Shown one piece after another: positions 25,016 through 36,830 of a stretch of DNA of 64,000 nucleotides. Source of the stretch: Bugula neritina (lineage: Eukaryota > Animalia > Bryozoa). The DNA lies in contig OZ037765.1 in the NCBI GenBank assembly GCA_964035545.1, forward strand, positions 14,146,698-14,210,697, read 5' to 3'. Within the stretch, counting starts at the first letter, position 1, and every line of letters begins with the position of its first letter. The position numbers and the translations under genes are program-made. The notes under the pieces are model-generated. The model was not told the DNA's origin and made no database searches. It saw nothing but the letters and a program-made list of their open reading frames with translations.

Positions 25016-26863
25016 ATGGCTACTGGTAGTGGTAGCAGTGTGCCAGTATTTGGTGGTAAAATTGAGACCTATGTGGAAAGGTTAGAGAGTTACTTTGAGT
25101 TTCACGGCACCGCCGAAGGCAAGAAAAAGCATGTTCTTATTATGGGACTCTCGGAAGCTCAATATGAGACCCTGTCAAGTCTCACATCTCCACAGAAGCC
25201 AAAGGAGAAGAGTTACAATGACTTGGTGACATTGTTAGAGTCTCACTTTGGTACGGCTACCAACAAGATGGTTGAGAGGGCCAAGTTTCGTGGGGTGAGG
25301 AGGACAGATAGCGAGAGTGTAACCGATTATGTGGTTCGTTTACGGACGCAGGCTAGAACATGTGAGTTTGGTACTATGTTAGATGAAAACTTGCTTGAAC
25401 AGTTCCGCATTGGTGTAAATAGCAAAGCTGTTCGAGATCGTGTTGCTGCTATGGCCACAGAGAAACAGAATGACTTGAAGGAAGTTATAAAGGTAGCCCT
25501 TCAGGTGGAAGTTCATGAGAACATTGACAAGTTTTCTAATAATGATCAACCGGAGACAGTTGGAGCTGTCTCACATGCTCGATCAAAAGTCAAGCCAAAT
25601 CAGAAGTGTTTTCGCTGTAGCAAGTTTGGACATATGAGCTACAGTAAAGAATGCCCAGCTATCAGCCGGAGCTGCAACGATTGTAAGAAGAAAGGACATT
25701 ATGCTGGCTCACGATTTTGTAAAGAAAAATCATTTAAAGAAAATGTGAACACTGTTGAAAACCCCTCTGAAGCACACACAATATGGAAAGATGATTCCAA
25801 CTACTTGTTCACGGTACAACGAATTAGTACGCAGATACCAAAATGCAATCTATCTATACTGGGTGAGACCGTACAATTTATTATAGACACTGGTGCTTGT
25901 ACAAATATCATAGATATTGAAACATACAACAAGTTAAAGCAAACAGGCCAGATAACTCTTGAAAGTGTAGATCAACACGGTTTACTTGCCTATGGTAGTG
26001 TAAAGCAACTAGATATTTTGGGCAAGTTTTGTGCAGATGTTTATTGTAACAGCAAGCATGCGAAGGCTGAATTTTATGTGTTTAACGGTGTAGCAAAGTG
26101 TTTGCTTAGTTTTAAAACTGCCACCAGTCTTTCTCTGATATCATGTAGTGATAATGTTGTGTGCAGTGTTTTACCTGAGGCACCAAAAGAAGTTATGAAC
26201 AGTTTTCCAGAAGTTTTTCAAGGCCTGGGAAAACTTAGGGGGTACACCGCCAAGTTTCACATTGATGAAAATACTCAGCCAGTAGCGCAGTCAGTAGGTT
26301 CACAGAATGAAGTTAAATTAGATAGTTTGGTGGAAAATGATGCTGACCCATTGTCAAGAATGGCAACTAGGTTAGATTATGTGCCATTAATAGATACCGT
26401 TGTAGGTGATAGTGTTGTGGAGTCAGTTGCCAAAGAGTCTTTGCCAATAGCACTTAGTTGGGGTGATGTTGTAGCTAAGTCTAAGCAGTGCGCCGAAATT
26501 CAGCAGTTGGGTAACGCAATACAGGATAATGACTTCAGCAGTTGTAGCATAGGCTATAAGGCAGTGTCAGGTAAACTTAGTGAGGTGCAAAACGTAGTGC
26601 TAAGAAATGATAAAATTGTTGTGCCAGTGTGTTTCCGCAACCACGTGATCCAATTAGCACATGAAGGTCATCAGGGTATGGTGAAAGCTAAACAGATATT
26701 GGGGTCCAAGGTATGGTGGCCAGAAATTGATAAACAAGCTGAATTACATTGTAGGCAACGCATTGATTGTATGTCAGTTGCTAAATCTAACCCACCTCTC
26801 CGTAAACCACCAGATAGATACGATGATTATGTAGTTCACGTACTGGGCGCGCAAACTGGCTAG
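25016..26863 (+). CDS. Gag-protease polyprotein (615 aa) with fused RNase H-end and integrase zinc-finger remnants; lacks RT, RNase H core and integrase core
   Basis: Gag (YVERLESYF, ERAKFR..ESVTDYVVRLR..CEFG). Two zinc knuckles, CFRCSKFGH..C and CNDCKKKGH..C. Protease FIIDTGA. Pre-RT linker FPEVFQGLG..PVAQ joined directly to NDADPLSR, then AHEGHQG..KVWWP and the terminal LRKPPDRY. No YxDD motif. Confidence 0.9.
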   Translation: MATGSGSSVPVFGGKIETYVERLESYFEFHGTAEGKKKHVLIMGLSEAQYETLSSLTSPQKPKEKSYNDLVTLLESHFGTATNKMVERAKFRGVRRTDSESVTDYVVRLRTQARTCEFGTMLDENLLEQFRIGVNSKAVRDRVAAMATEKQNDLKEVIKVALQVEVHENIDKFSNNDQPETVGAVSHARSKVKPNQKCFRCSKFGHMSYSKECPAISRSCNDCKKKGHYAGSRFCKEKSFKENVNTVENPSEAHTIWKDDSNYLFTVQRISTQIPKCNLSILGETVQFIIDTGACTNIIDIETYNKLKQTGQITLESVDQHGLLAYGSVKQLDILGKFCADVYCNSKHAKAEFYVFNGVAKCLLSFKTATSLSLISCSDNVVCSVLPEAPKEVMNSFPEVFQGLGKLRGYTAKFHIDENTQPVAQSVGSQNEVKLDSLVENDADPLSRMATRLDYVPLIDTVVGDSVVESVAKESLPIALSWGDVVAKSKQCAEIQQLGNAIQDNDFSSCSIGYKAVSGKLSEVQNVVLRNDKIVVPVCFRNHVIQLAHEGHQGMVKAKQILGSKVWWPEIDKQAELHCRQRIDCMSVAKSNPPLRKPPDRYDDYVVHVLGAQTG

Positions 26864-27093
26864 CTAACATTAAAGTTTAATGAAAAGGCTACCCCTCTAG
26901 GTGTTCCCAGATCTTATTTGTGTGCCTGCATTTAATATTAGTTAGCAGATTTATAAAGTTATTAATACATAGTAGAGCAGAGGCACAGAAGATTTTATGT
27001 TATATTTTGTTGCTACATAGTGTAAACAGTTAAACTATTGTAATCAGTTTTACATAATATACATAGAATCTTTTCTTTGAAATACATAAGGGA

Positions 27094-27317
27094 TGTAATG
27101 TTGTAGTAATTAGTGAATCAGAACAAGAAACCTGTTTTGTCATCTGTGCTGTTATTTTAACCCTGTTGCAAGAGTCGTGTCGGGTCAGCAACAGGATATA
27201 TGATTTGCTATGTTTATGTACACTTATGAAGTTCAATAATAAATCAGTTTAGATCTATGTGACAAACTACAAAGACATTCCCTTGCTGCTCCTATCATAT
27301 AATACACTAACATTAAA
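27094..27317 (+). repeat. 3' LTR
   Basis: Direct repeat of 24706-24929, preceded by a short purine run (AAGGGA) and followed by the TSD. Confidence 0.93.
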
Positions 27318-27449
27318 TGTAGTATGTTACGTATAAGTAAAAAGAGAGAGAGAGCAAGAAAAATATCATGGGTGATATAATAAAGTATTCGTATAGAGAA
27401 ACGACCATGACTAGTATGAATATTTATTGGTAAACATTTATTGTCATAA

Positions 27450-27828
27450 CAGTGGAAGATTGTATCCTATCAACACACACCCTCAATCTGTAGCTGGGGA
27501 TGAGTTGTGTAGCAGCATAGGCGTAGTTAACTGTAGCCATGGTGTCGTTAGTATTCAGCAAGGTATTTTGGTGATCCTGTGTTGTGTTTTGGTCTGTAAG
27601 TTGAAATTGTTGGTTGCGTTGGTTGAAATTGTTGGAGTTGTCTGTTCATCATTATTAGCTTGCTATGTTTGTATTGGTGTAGTTTGTACTTCGTCAGTAT
27701 GTTCAAAGCCAGTAAATGTGATGTCAGTATTGTCAGAATCCGAGTGTATATGTATGTTGCGTGTAGTCAGTATGCTATTGTTCTTGCTATTCAATACATA
27801 ATATGATTGGTTTAGTGGCTTGATGCCT
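27450..27828 (-). mobile_element. Copia-like integrase C-terminal (SH3-like) and linker fragment
   Basis: FLGIKPLNQSYYVLNSKNNSILTTRNIHI resembles the Copia FLGY...YRV...I..SRDV.F motif, followed by a Thr/Gln-rich linker. Confidence 0.5.
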
Positions 27829-30590
27829 AGGAAGGAGGCAATATGGGAGGATCTATTTAATGTCGCAGAAGATTTAACACTAGAGAGGTGTATAGCTATC
27901 TGCCAACGTTGGGAAACAACAAGGCAGTATCTTAACGATTTCAATGCATCAGGTGTTGATGCTGGATTCAAAGCTCACGCAGTCAATGATCAAGTCAAAG
28001 TACAGTACAGCCTACATCCAAGCCTATAACAAACTGCAAATATTGTGCAGGCACACATCAACCATGCAAGTGCTCTGCATATGATAAACAATGCAATAAC
28101 TGGGGTCATAAAGGACATTATGCAAAGGTATGTCTTTCAAAGAAGGAGAGTACGACAACAAACAAACCGAAAGTACATGAAGTAACTGCAGAAGATCCGG
28201 ATGTAGTGTACACATTACATAACGCTGCTACAAATCAGAAGGAGTGGTATGTCGATGTAAAGTGTGACAGTAACAGCTTGCAACTCAAAGTAGACACAAG
28301 TGCTTCCTGTAATGTTATGCCAAACTCTGTTTTTAAGCACCTGAAACTTAAAAATGTAGAAATCAAAAGCTGTAACCAGAAACTTTCTTCTTTTGGTGGT
28401 CATCAACTTAAGGTATTAGGTAGAATATCTTTATTGTTAGAATATAAACAAAATTTTTCAGTGCATGATTTTGTTCTAGTAGAACAAGGCAAGACAACTC
28501 TTTTAGGTCTCCCAAGTAGTATTGCCATGAGTTTAGGAGAAACTGCATGTGCAATTTCAAACACTGCTGTTGTGTCAGAGTTTTCTGATGTTTTTTAGGG
28601 ATTAGGTAAATTGCCTTGTAATCATGCATTAAGACTTAAGGAAGGCAGTTAGCCTGTAGTACAAAGTGCTAGACGTGTACCTTTTAGGCTAAGAGATAAG
28701 CTAAAATGTACTCTTGACAATATGGAATTTAGTGGTACAATTACCAAAGTCAAACAACCAACTGATTGGGTACATCCAATAGTCAATGTGCTACAACCTG
28801 ACGGATCATTACGTGTCTGTCTAGACCCCACTGAACTGAACAAGTGTATTATGAGGGAACACTTTTCATTGCCAACAGTTACAGAAATTTTCTCAAAATT
28901 TTCAAATTCACGAGTTTTCACAACTCTAGATGCAACTTCAGGTTTTTTGCAATTAGAACTAGATCATGATAGTAGTTATCTCACTAGGTTTGCTACTCCA
29001 TTTGGCTGATATAGATTTTTGAGGCTACCTTTTGGTATACGTCCGGCACCTGAAGTATTTCATAGGACAGTAAGTGAAATATTTGCAGATATAGACGGAG
29101 TTGAGACTTTTGTAGATGATCTATTGATACATGCTGCTACAAAGTTAGAGCATGATATTATTCTCCGTAAAGTGCTGGAGAGATGCCAGCAAGTTAACTT
29201 GAAACTCAATTTAGCTAAGTGTAGTTTTGATAAGTTGGACAGGGTGTCATCAAAGCTGACCTAAGTAAAATTAACTCGATATTTGACATGCCTGTGCCAC
29301 AAAATGTAGAAGAGTTACGTAGATTGCTAGGTATGAGCACATATTTAGCAAAGTTTTGTCCAAAATTAGCAGAAATCACAGCCCCACTGAAAGAGCTGAC
29401 AAAAAAAGGTGCTTCATGGGTTTGGGATAGTAAAAAAAAGCAGTCAGTAAATGAACTCAAATCTGTTGTAGCTAGTGGACAATTTCTGAAAATGTTTGAC
29501 CCTGCTTTGCTAGTCAAACTTAGTGTAGACAGTTCACAAATTAGGATAGGAGCGGTAGTTTTACAAAATTATCAGCCAATAGAATTTGCCAGTTGTAGCT
29601 TAAACAATGCAAAAAGAGCTTTTGCACAAATAGAAAAAGAATTTTTAGCTATACAGTTTGAATTAAATGAGTTTCATCAATATGTATATGGTCAAAAAGT
29701 TGTTGTAGAAACTGATCATTTGCCATTGCTCAGCATCAAAAAAAAGGGTTTAAATGATTCAACACCTTGACTACATTGGATGAGGCTAAGAACTCAGCTA
29801 TATGATTTTGATCTAGTAAATAAACCTGGTAGCGAGATGTACATAGCTGATACATTGAGTAGAGCACATCTCAGTGATGAGTGCCCAGTTAGCTCACCAA
29901 ATAGTAATAGAGATCATGATCAAAGCTTTTAGGGAAGTTTTTGTCAAATCAGTCATAGAAGACCCTAGCATGAATATTCCCAAACCATATATAGCCAATG
30001 GCTGGCCTAGAACAAAGCGCATGTGTTTAGAGCCACTCAAGCCTTATTGGAATGTTAGGCATGATTTGAGTACACATGGTGACATCATTCTAAAAAGCGG
30101 CAATCAAATTTTAGTTCCTGCATCTCTGAGAAAGAGAATCATAAATGACATACACAAAGGTTACTTAGGGGTCGCAAAATACATAGAAAAGGCCAAAAAT
30201 GTTGTTTACTGGTCGGGTTACACAAACCAAATAATGGATGCTGTTGATTCACCGAAGTATGCCATAAAAATGCTAGAGCTAATGCTAAAACAATATTAGA
30301 GCAATATGAAATTCCTGAGTATGCTATGCAATCAATCAGTATTGATATTTTTCAGCTTGAAAGGGTTGAATACCTAGTTACTGTAGATAGGTACTCGAAA
30401 TGGCCTGCTTGTTACAAGTTAAACAGTTCTACATCTAAAGAGATAGTAGATATTTTGAGGAGACAATTTTTAGATTTTGGGCAACCTGAAATATTAGTGT
30501 CAGACAATGCTTCTTACTTTACCTTGATTGAGTTTAAATACTTATTGAAGTCATTAGATGTGAAGCACATAATTGTAAGCCCTTATTTCT
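27829..30590 (+). mobile_element. Decayed Ty3/Gypsy internal region (gag end, PR, RT, RNase H, IN), pseudogenized
   Basis: VDTSA protease; LRVCLDPTELNK, LDATSGFLQ, RLPFGI and FVDD in RT; VDSS, FAQIEKE and ETDHLPL in RNase H; IHKGYLG and VDRYSKWP..LVSDN in integrase. Multiple stops and frameshifts; no LTRs found. Confidence 0.9.
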
Positions 30591-30591
30591 C

Positions 30592-31470
30592 TAGTGTAGT
30601 GCACTTTTTTTCTGAAAACATACGATTTTAATGTGTCCATTTTTTGACAGAAGTTACACATGGGTTTAGATTTTGATCTACGTGCCTTGGTGCTGTGGTT
30701 AGTGTGCCCACATAAGAGGCATTTTTGGTTGACTGGCTGAGAGTTAGGTTGCGCCCAAGTGCGTATTTAGGGTTTGTAATTATTATCTTCTTTGGATGCT
30801 AGTGTTGTTGTATGTGCAGTAGCTCTGATAGCTTCAGTATTAGTATGATCAGCTTTACATTCTTTCAATGTTTTTTCTTAATTCACTTTGCTTGGGAACT
30901 ACTGCAAATGAATTGTATGATGCAGGTAATCTTTTTAATAGCATAGCTATCACTAGGTTGTCAGATATAATAATTTCACCTGCTAGTCTAAGTCTTGTAA
31001 CAGCACTTTCAGCTGATATTAGATAGTCAGTAATGCCTTCAGTGTCAGTCATAGTAATAGTAGTTAGAGTTTCGTAGAGTGTCATGATGCGAGTTTTTTC
31101 TGTGCTGGCATAATGACTCTCAGAATTGTCAGAGCATTATGTCCATCGTTCTCAGCATCATTAATGATGAGTTGAAGTGACTTTTCATTTAGACTTGTAC
31201 CCACTCAGCATATGTTCTTCTATTTTTTTTATTAAAGTCTGCGTCTTCGGTTTTATCGCTCGGTAGAAGTAGGATGGCTTTGTGTATGCCACTGTCCAAT
31301 GTATATAAGTTATGTATAAATCGTGTTGCCCAACTTTTGTAAGAGTAGTCTCCATTAAATTGTAGCTTGTTTCTGGTTCCATAACTTGTTGAGTTGGAGA
31401 CTGATGCCATCTCATTTGTGTTGAATATTGAAATAAAGTTAGTAGGGTTGTAATTCACAATTGGTAGTCT
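30592..31470 (-). mobile_element. Decayed Ty1/Copia gag
   Basis: MASVSN..KLQFNGDYSYKSWATRF, EGITDYLISAESAVTRLRLAGE..SDNLVIAMLLKRLPASYNSF, and a frameshifted CNFCQKNGH..C zinc knuckle at ~30620-30660. Confidence 0.75.
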
Positions 31471-31624
31471 GAATGTATAAGATAAAGAGGTACGTCACTT
31501 AATTTAGATTCAAATGTATAATAACTTTATTTATTTAATGAAATTCACACCCTCACATTCAACGTAAAGAAACGAGACTGCCTGTCACCTCCTCAAGCGT
31601 GCCGGAAGCCAGCATATTACAACA

Positions 31625-32935
31625 GACAAGACTGTTGTATTTTTGGTCTACCTTCTTGAAGTAAGACCGCGCCTAAGCTATGAGCACTGGCATCGGATGA
31701 TCAGGTGATAGGTTTCTCATGGTCAAAATATGCTAAGACTTAGGTTGGTGATTGCATACTTGATCTTGTCGAAAGCTTCTATTTGAGGCTTTCCCCACTG
31801 AAATTGAACATCTTTCTTGCACACCTGTCGAAGAGGTAAGGTTAGCTCTGACAGATTCTCAACAAATTTAGTCAAGTAAGCAACAAAGCCTAGATAACTT
31901 CCTAATTCTTTTTTGTTCTGGGCATCATCATGTTCTCTATAGCATCAAGCTTGCCTTGCTGTGGTTGGATGCTGCCAGCAGTCAACCTATGGCCTGAAAA
32001 TCTACCTCTTCCTACAAAGCACACACTTATCATTGTTAAGAGTAATCCATACTTGTTTTATTTTTTTCAACACTAGCTCAAGCCTATGAATGTGCTCAGT
32101 ATGTGACTTGCCATGCACTAGAATATCACTTATCCTAGAAATTTGGTCCAAAGCATCTGCTATCGATTGATGGAATAATTTGGGAGCCACACTAATACCC
32201 ATAGGCAGCCTTTGGTAGCAATAATTGTTATATGGTGTAAGAAACTCCGACTAGCTTGGAAGATCGCTCATCTAATAGGATTTGGTAGAACCCCTGCTTT
32301 GAGAATTTCTAAAGAATATTTCCCCAGTTGTTGGGAGCATACGTTGAGATTGGATTAACTAAGAGTTCAAATGTTGGGGGTTTAGACAGATTCTTAGTCT
32401 ACCATCTGGCTTATTGACAATGACAATTGGTGACAGCCACTCTGCTGGCTCATTGTCCCTACAAATAATGCGCTGTTCTTCTTAACTCTGTAAATCTTGC
32501 CTAAGCTTATCTCTCACCCCTGACGGAATATAATTGGTAGGTAAGGCCTTGGCTACTGCATTCCATTTCAATTTAAGTGACACTGTTAGTCGGTAGGTAC
32601 CTAACCCCTGGAACACCTCATTGTATTGCTCTAGTAGCTTGGGAACCTCTTGATTTGAAGTTTCAAAAACACTATGAGGCACTATTCCTAGATCTCTACA
32701 GGTGAACAGGCTCAATAGAGTGGCGGCTGGTTCATCAATAATGAATAATGAATCCCTTCCATCCAGTTGGAGTTCCAATCATCATGTTATCCTTAAAGAT
32801 CTTACTAGGGAAAATAGTTGCGGGTTGGAGACTTTGACCTTATACACTGACACAGGAAACCATGGTTATGGTCATACCACACTCAACACTTGTCACCTGT
32901 CCCAGCTGCTTGGTGCCTTTTTGGGCTCAAACCGT
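31625..32935 (-). mobile_element. Decayed Ty3/Gypsy pol fragment (PR to RT)
   Basis: YNEVFQGLG, WLSPIVIVNKPDG.LRICL, RLPMGISVAPKLF and DILVHGK..EH..RLELVL..LNNDKC. Confidence 0.8.
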
Positions 32936-32939
32936 TCGA

Positions 32940-33135
32940 GTTCGCTAAACAGTTGAATTTGAAGTTTCATCTAAATTGTATATGCGGTCAGGAGTAAACT
33001 TGTAGCGCTTATGGACATGTTCCAAGTTGGTGGAAAATCCTGAAACTGTTCTGTTGAAAGCAGATGATCTGCCTAGACTGGTTGTTTCTGGGGTTCGAGG
33101 ACTCACCGTACCATTACACTTTCTGGAGGTATCTA
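32940..33135 (-). mobile_element. pogo/Fot1-like DDE transposase fragment
   Basis: SPRTPETTSLGRSSAFNRTV..YKFTPDRIYNLDET, which includes the first catalytic Asp motif. Confidence 0.75.
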
Positions 33136-33554
33136 GCCAATTTTTTCGAGTGTCAAGTTTGGTGGTTCTCTGATACTGCTGGTAGGGGTACCTTATGCAG
33201 CGCTCCATAAAGAATTTACCTCTGTATATGTTTGCTGTCCAATTTAACTAAAAGTCTGGTCCATGGAAGTTTGTGTTGGGTAGTTTGTGGATTGAATTTG
33301 ATTAAATCAGTAACAATTTATTTTAGCTCAATTAAATAGACTTTATTTCAGAGAATTGAAACAACAAGGGATTCTACAGCAAAACAACAGTTTTGAATGA
33401 AACAAAAAGTACTGTATCATTAGTTTAAAAAACCTCCTTATATGAATAAAAGCTCCAAATTATATAAATGTTCATAATTCAATTATAATATAAGCATTGT
33501 TAATTGTTGCTTCAACAGTCTATTCTTGAGAATATGGCTTTCTAAGCTCATTAA

Positions 33555-33740
33555 TTTTTTTGTCTCACTGTGGTTTGAGCGTTATCAGTCCATTTGACTT
33601 TCGATATTCCTTGCAATTTCCTCATATGGTAATTTTCCAGTTTTTTATATTCGTACTGGAGGTTTCGTATGTTTTTGAGGCATAGAATATAGTAGGAATA
33701 ATAATGGCTTTGTCATCACTTGTAGATCTTTGTCATTCAA
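33555..33740 (-). mobile_element. RTE-type LINE post-RT fragment
   Basis: KAIIIPTIFYASKTY..IKKLENYHMRKLQGISKVKWTD resembles the RTE C-terminal consensus. Confidence 0.55.
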
Positions 33741-34129
33741 GACTTGCTGATCAAGTTTGCTGACAGCAATGCTGGAAACCTAGAGTCCTCTCTTTTCCTA
33801 GAGATATTTGTTTGTTTGTTTGTTTTCTTTATTTCCATCAAAAAAAAACAAAAGGACAAAAAAATACAAATATACAACAGTAACACAAAAAGAGCTAAAT
33901 TCAATTTATATATAATATCAATCGAAGTCAAAATGGGGGCCCATGTGCTCAGTAGCATAGCTATTCAAGGAGCGGGGCCCAAGTGGCAGTTGAAAAAAAT
34001 AGTGGGAACTATTTATTCAGATTAAGTTAAAGATTTTAGTAGGTGCTTTTTCAACAATATTTTAAATGTGGCAAAGCCTTGATGATGTCTTAAAGTTTTA
34101 TATCTTGCTAGATTTTGTACTTTTGAGCA

Positions 34130-34620
34130 TGTAGCATCCTTACCACTTGGAATACCTGTCAACAGTTCCTAAGTATTCAGTACCAAATAAATACAACACA
34201 TCCATGCTGATTGACTGCATTGGGTAGACTGGGATATAGTGTTTTCCTAACAAGCAGAACAACTTTCTATGGCATCATATCTGACCTTGGTAACCAGGTC
34301 AATAGACAGAATTTTTAGCTCGGTCAATGCACTCGCTCATGTTTAGCTGGCCTTTGTGGATAATGTCTAGGATATGTCACTTCATTGAACCAGGGATTAC
34401 TACTTAATTGTTTTTAAAGATCAAATCCTGATAAGCTGTCAACTCATACCTAACTGTCCAAAAAAATTCCAATAGTTTGATACAAGTTTTTCCTGTTGCT
34501 GGCCACCCATTGATAATGTAGGAATCGAGTATTTGCATGACAGGGTCATTCTTGACCACATTCACCATTTTGTATCTAAATGAATAATTAGGCAAGTTAT
34601 CAGCTGTCACTGCATGTATA
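34130..34620 (-). mobile_element. Ty3/Gypsy integrase-region fragment related to the 27829-30590 element
   Basis: KNDPVMQILDSYIINGWP..FWTVRYELT parallels EDPSMNIPKPYIANGWP..YWNVRHDLS at ~29960-30080. Confidence 0.7.
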
Positions 34621-35419
34621 TGGTCAATATCTGTTTTTTTAGCAGCTCGGCATCCTTACAGTTTTTAGTTTTATGTAGATTCCATTTTTTTTATTTTGTG
34701 GAGACAGTTCAGATAATCTTTCTGGCAGGTTTTGCACTTCTATTTCCTGAAGCACGCTCTTCGTTTATGACTTCTTTCTCCACAGCTGAAACAAAGGTGT
34801 TTTTTAGTAAAGAACTGTAAAGCTGTGTGTATATGCACTCAGTCATGGACAGGTTTCCACAGATTTTTTTTTATTTTTAATGCTTCCACATTGTTTATTC
34901 TTTACACTCGTAAACCCATAAACCGTTGTAAACCCATAAAAGCTGTAACATAGTACTGTAATAAAACGGTAGCAAAGTACAACAGCACAATAATGCATAA
35001 AACTACATTGTAACAGTTGAAAAAAAATATTTAAAATATCAGCAAAAACATACCTAACAACTACTTTAAATATACCTCTGTCTTTATATGAGATGCAGAT
35101 AAATAAGGTTAAATTATATATTTTTCTTGTTATTTTGTCTATGATAAAAGTTCAACTGTTCCTTTTCTGTTCTTTTCTTTCTGTCAAAAGTAGTTTGACA
35201 CGGCTTGGACTTGAACTTTTAATTTTTTTGAATAATAATCACTTTCTGAAAATTTACCTAGTGTAGAGAAAGTAACTTCAATTTTTCTTGCCAGCAATAA
35301 ATTTGGAGTGAGAAGCAAGTTAAAGGACAAACTTAACACTGTCGATAACTGTTATAAATTCAATATACTGTTAGATGTTTTAAAAATATATTTGTATACT
35401 TATCATTAATGCATTTAAG

Positions 35420-36030
35420 TGGTAAATTGCAACTGCTTTAGATGAGTTAGAAAGTTGTGCAAGTGCTTTCAATGGGAAAGGCATAGCTATAAATCCAGCT
35501 TGGTTTTGTGGATTCCAGTTTTCAATATTTCTTATGAACTTCCCATTTATAGAAAGATTCCTCTTTTCCTTCTCTGTTTCAAAATAATGTTGTAGAATGT
35601 TAAGTTTATGATCTGGAACTTCTGATTGTTTTTCTTGTCTAGTAAAATACACATGAGGTATCTTTTGATCTGTAGTTCTGAGAGTGTGTATTACAAGGAA
35701 AGAGTTTTTGAGCGCTTCCTTTTTAGGCTGCTTTTCACTGTGTAATGACTGTCTTGGGATTGTTATTACTACTGTTTGGAGCCTGTAGGGTTTGTAATCG
35801 TGTAGGAAAATTATTTGGTTGAGATGTTGCTCTGATGCTTTTCCTGGTAGTGTTATTGTCTTCAGTATCAAAAATGCTTGTAAATGCTGCTTCACGGTTA
35901 TAAACTCTTAAAATACTTGAAAAATGGAAAATCATCGTACATTTTCTCGTATTTCCGGACTTGATACTTCCAATTCTGATTCTTCCAACTTTTTCCTCAA
36001 CAGCCCTAGCATAATAATATCTTATAAACT
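35420..36030 (-). mobile_element. Possible LINE ORF1-like remnant
   Basis: NIIMLG motif near 36010 and a partly open frame (35380-35895 ORF) ending in NLSINGKFI. Weak resemblance only. Confidence 0.3.
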
Positions 36031-36034
36031 TTTT

Positions 36035-36830
36035 TCACTAGCTTCCTAGCCTCACAGTGAGAGCATGTTTATATAGAGCTGGATAAGTGGCAGATGGAAG
36101 AAAATCATGATAGAATTCTATGATTGAGGTGTTGCTACTTTACACATTGGTTGCTATGCAAGTCAATGAGTTCCATTTGAAAGCTAGTTGGAACAGTGTT
36201 AAGCTCAATAGAGAATGGATCAGCAAAGATTCGTATTTTTTGCTCAGTCCTTTCAAACTGAAGAAATCTTCTAGCAAACTCAGCTGAGAAATCATGTGTT
36301 TGCATACTGCTCAGAGCTTACCTCATGCTCACAAGCTAACAGTGTTTTGAAGTGGGCATAGTTCTTTTCTCGTACTTGTTGCTCCCATAGCTTGAGTCTG
36401 GTTTTAAAAGCTGTTATGTGCCCCCAAAGTAAGGATATGACGAGTTGCTTGCCCTACAAATTTACTTTTGACATGTGCTTACTGATAACAGCCAGAAATG
36501 CCAAATTTGAGATCCAATGCTTGTCTATAAACTCAGTATGCTCATGCCCCTTGCTTCGCATAAATACATATATTTCATTTAGCAGATTTTAGAATCTGTG
36601 CAATGTTTTGGCACTACTAAGCTACCTGATTTTGCAGACTTATAATTTGGGGCTAAAATTTCAATCAACATGTTTTATAAACTATGTGTTACAAAAATTG
36701 TTACCCTGGTTTTTACTAACCTCCTTTGCAACTTCACCATGCTGAAATGGAAGCTGCCTTCTACCAATTTTTTTTGCAATAGCTAGGCTGCATTTGGTAG
36801 CTTTTTCATTTACTTCATTGTATTTCGTGA
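36035..36830 (-). mobile_element. Decayed hAT (Charlie/GTF2IRD2-like) transposase C-terminal fragment
   Basis: Degenerate H.SKVNL.GK, RIFADPFSIE, MELIDLH and FLPSATYPAL motifs. Confidence 0.55.

Larger units (their letters stand above)
24706..27317 (+). mobile_element. Structurally complete, internally deleted (non-autonomous) Ty3/Gypsy LTR retrotransposon, 2612 bp
   Basis: 224-bp LTRs at 24706-24929 and 27094-27317, with only 2 mismatches seen. 5-bp TSD TGTAG at 24701-05 and 27318-22. PBS TGGCGACGAGGA at ~24932. One internal ORF. Confidence 0.95.

Noticed and set aside
24621-27236. Duplicated minus-strand ORFs MNFISVHKHSKSY.. (24621-24848 and 27030-27236)
   Set aside because: They are antisense readings of the two LTRs, not genes.
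27427-27801. 124-aa Val/Cys-rich hydrophobic ORF suggesting an env or membrane protein beside the LTR element
   Set aside because: It lies outside the TSD and is the antisense of a Thr/Gln/Asn-rich Copia linker.
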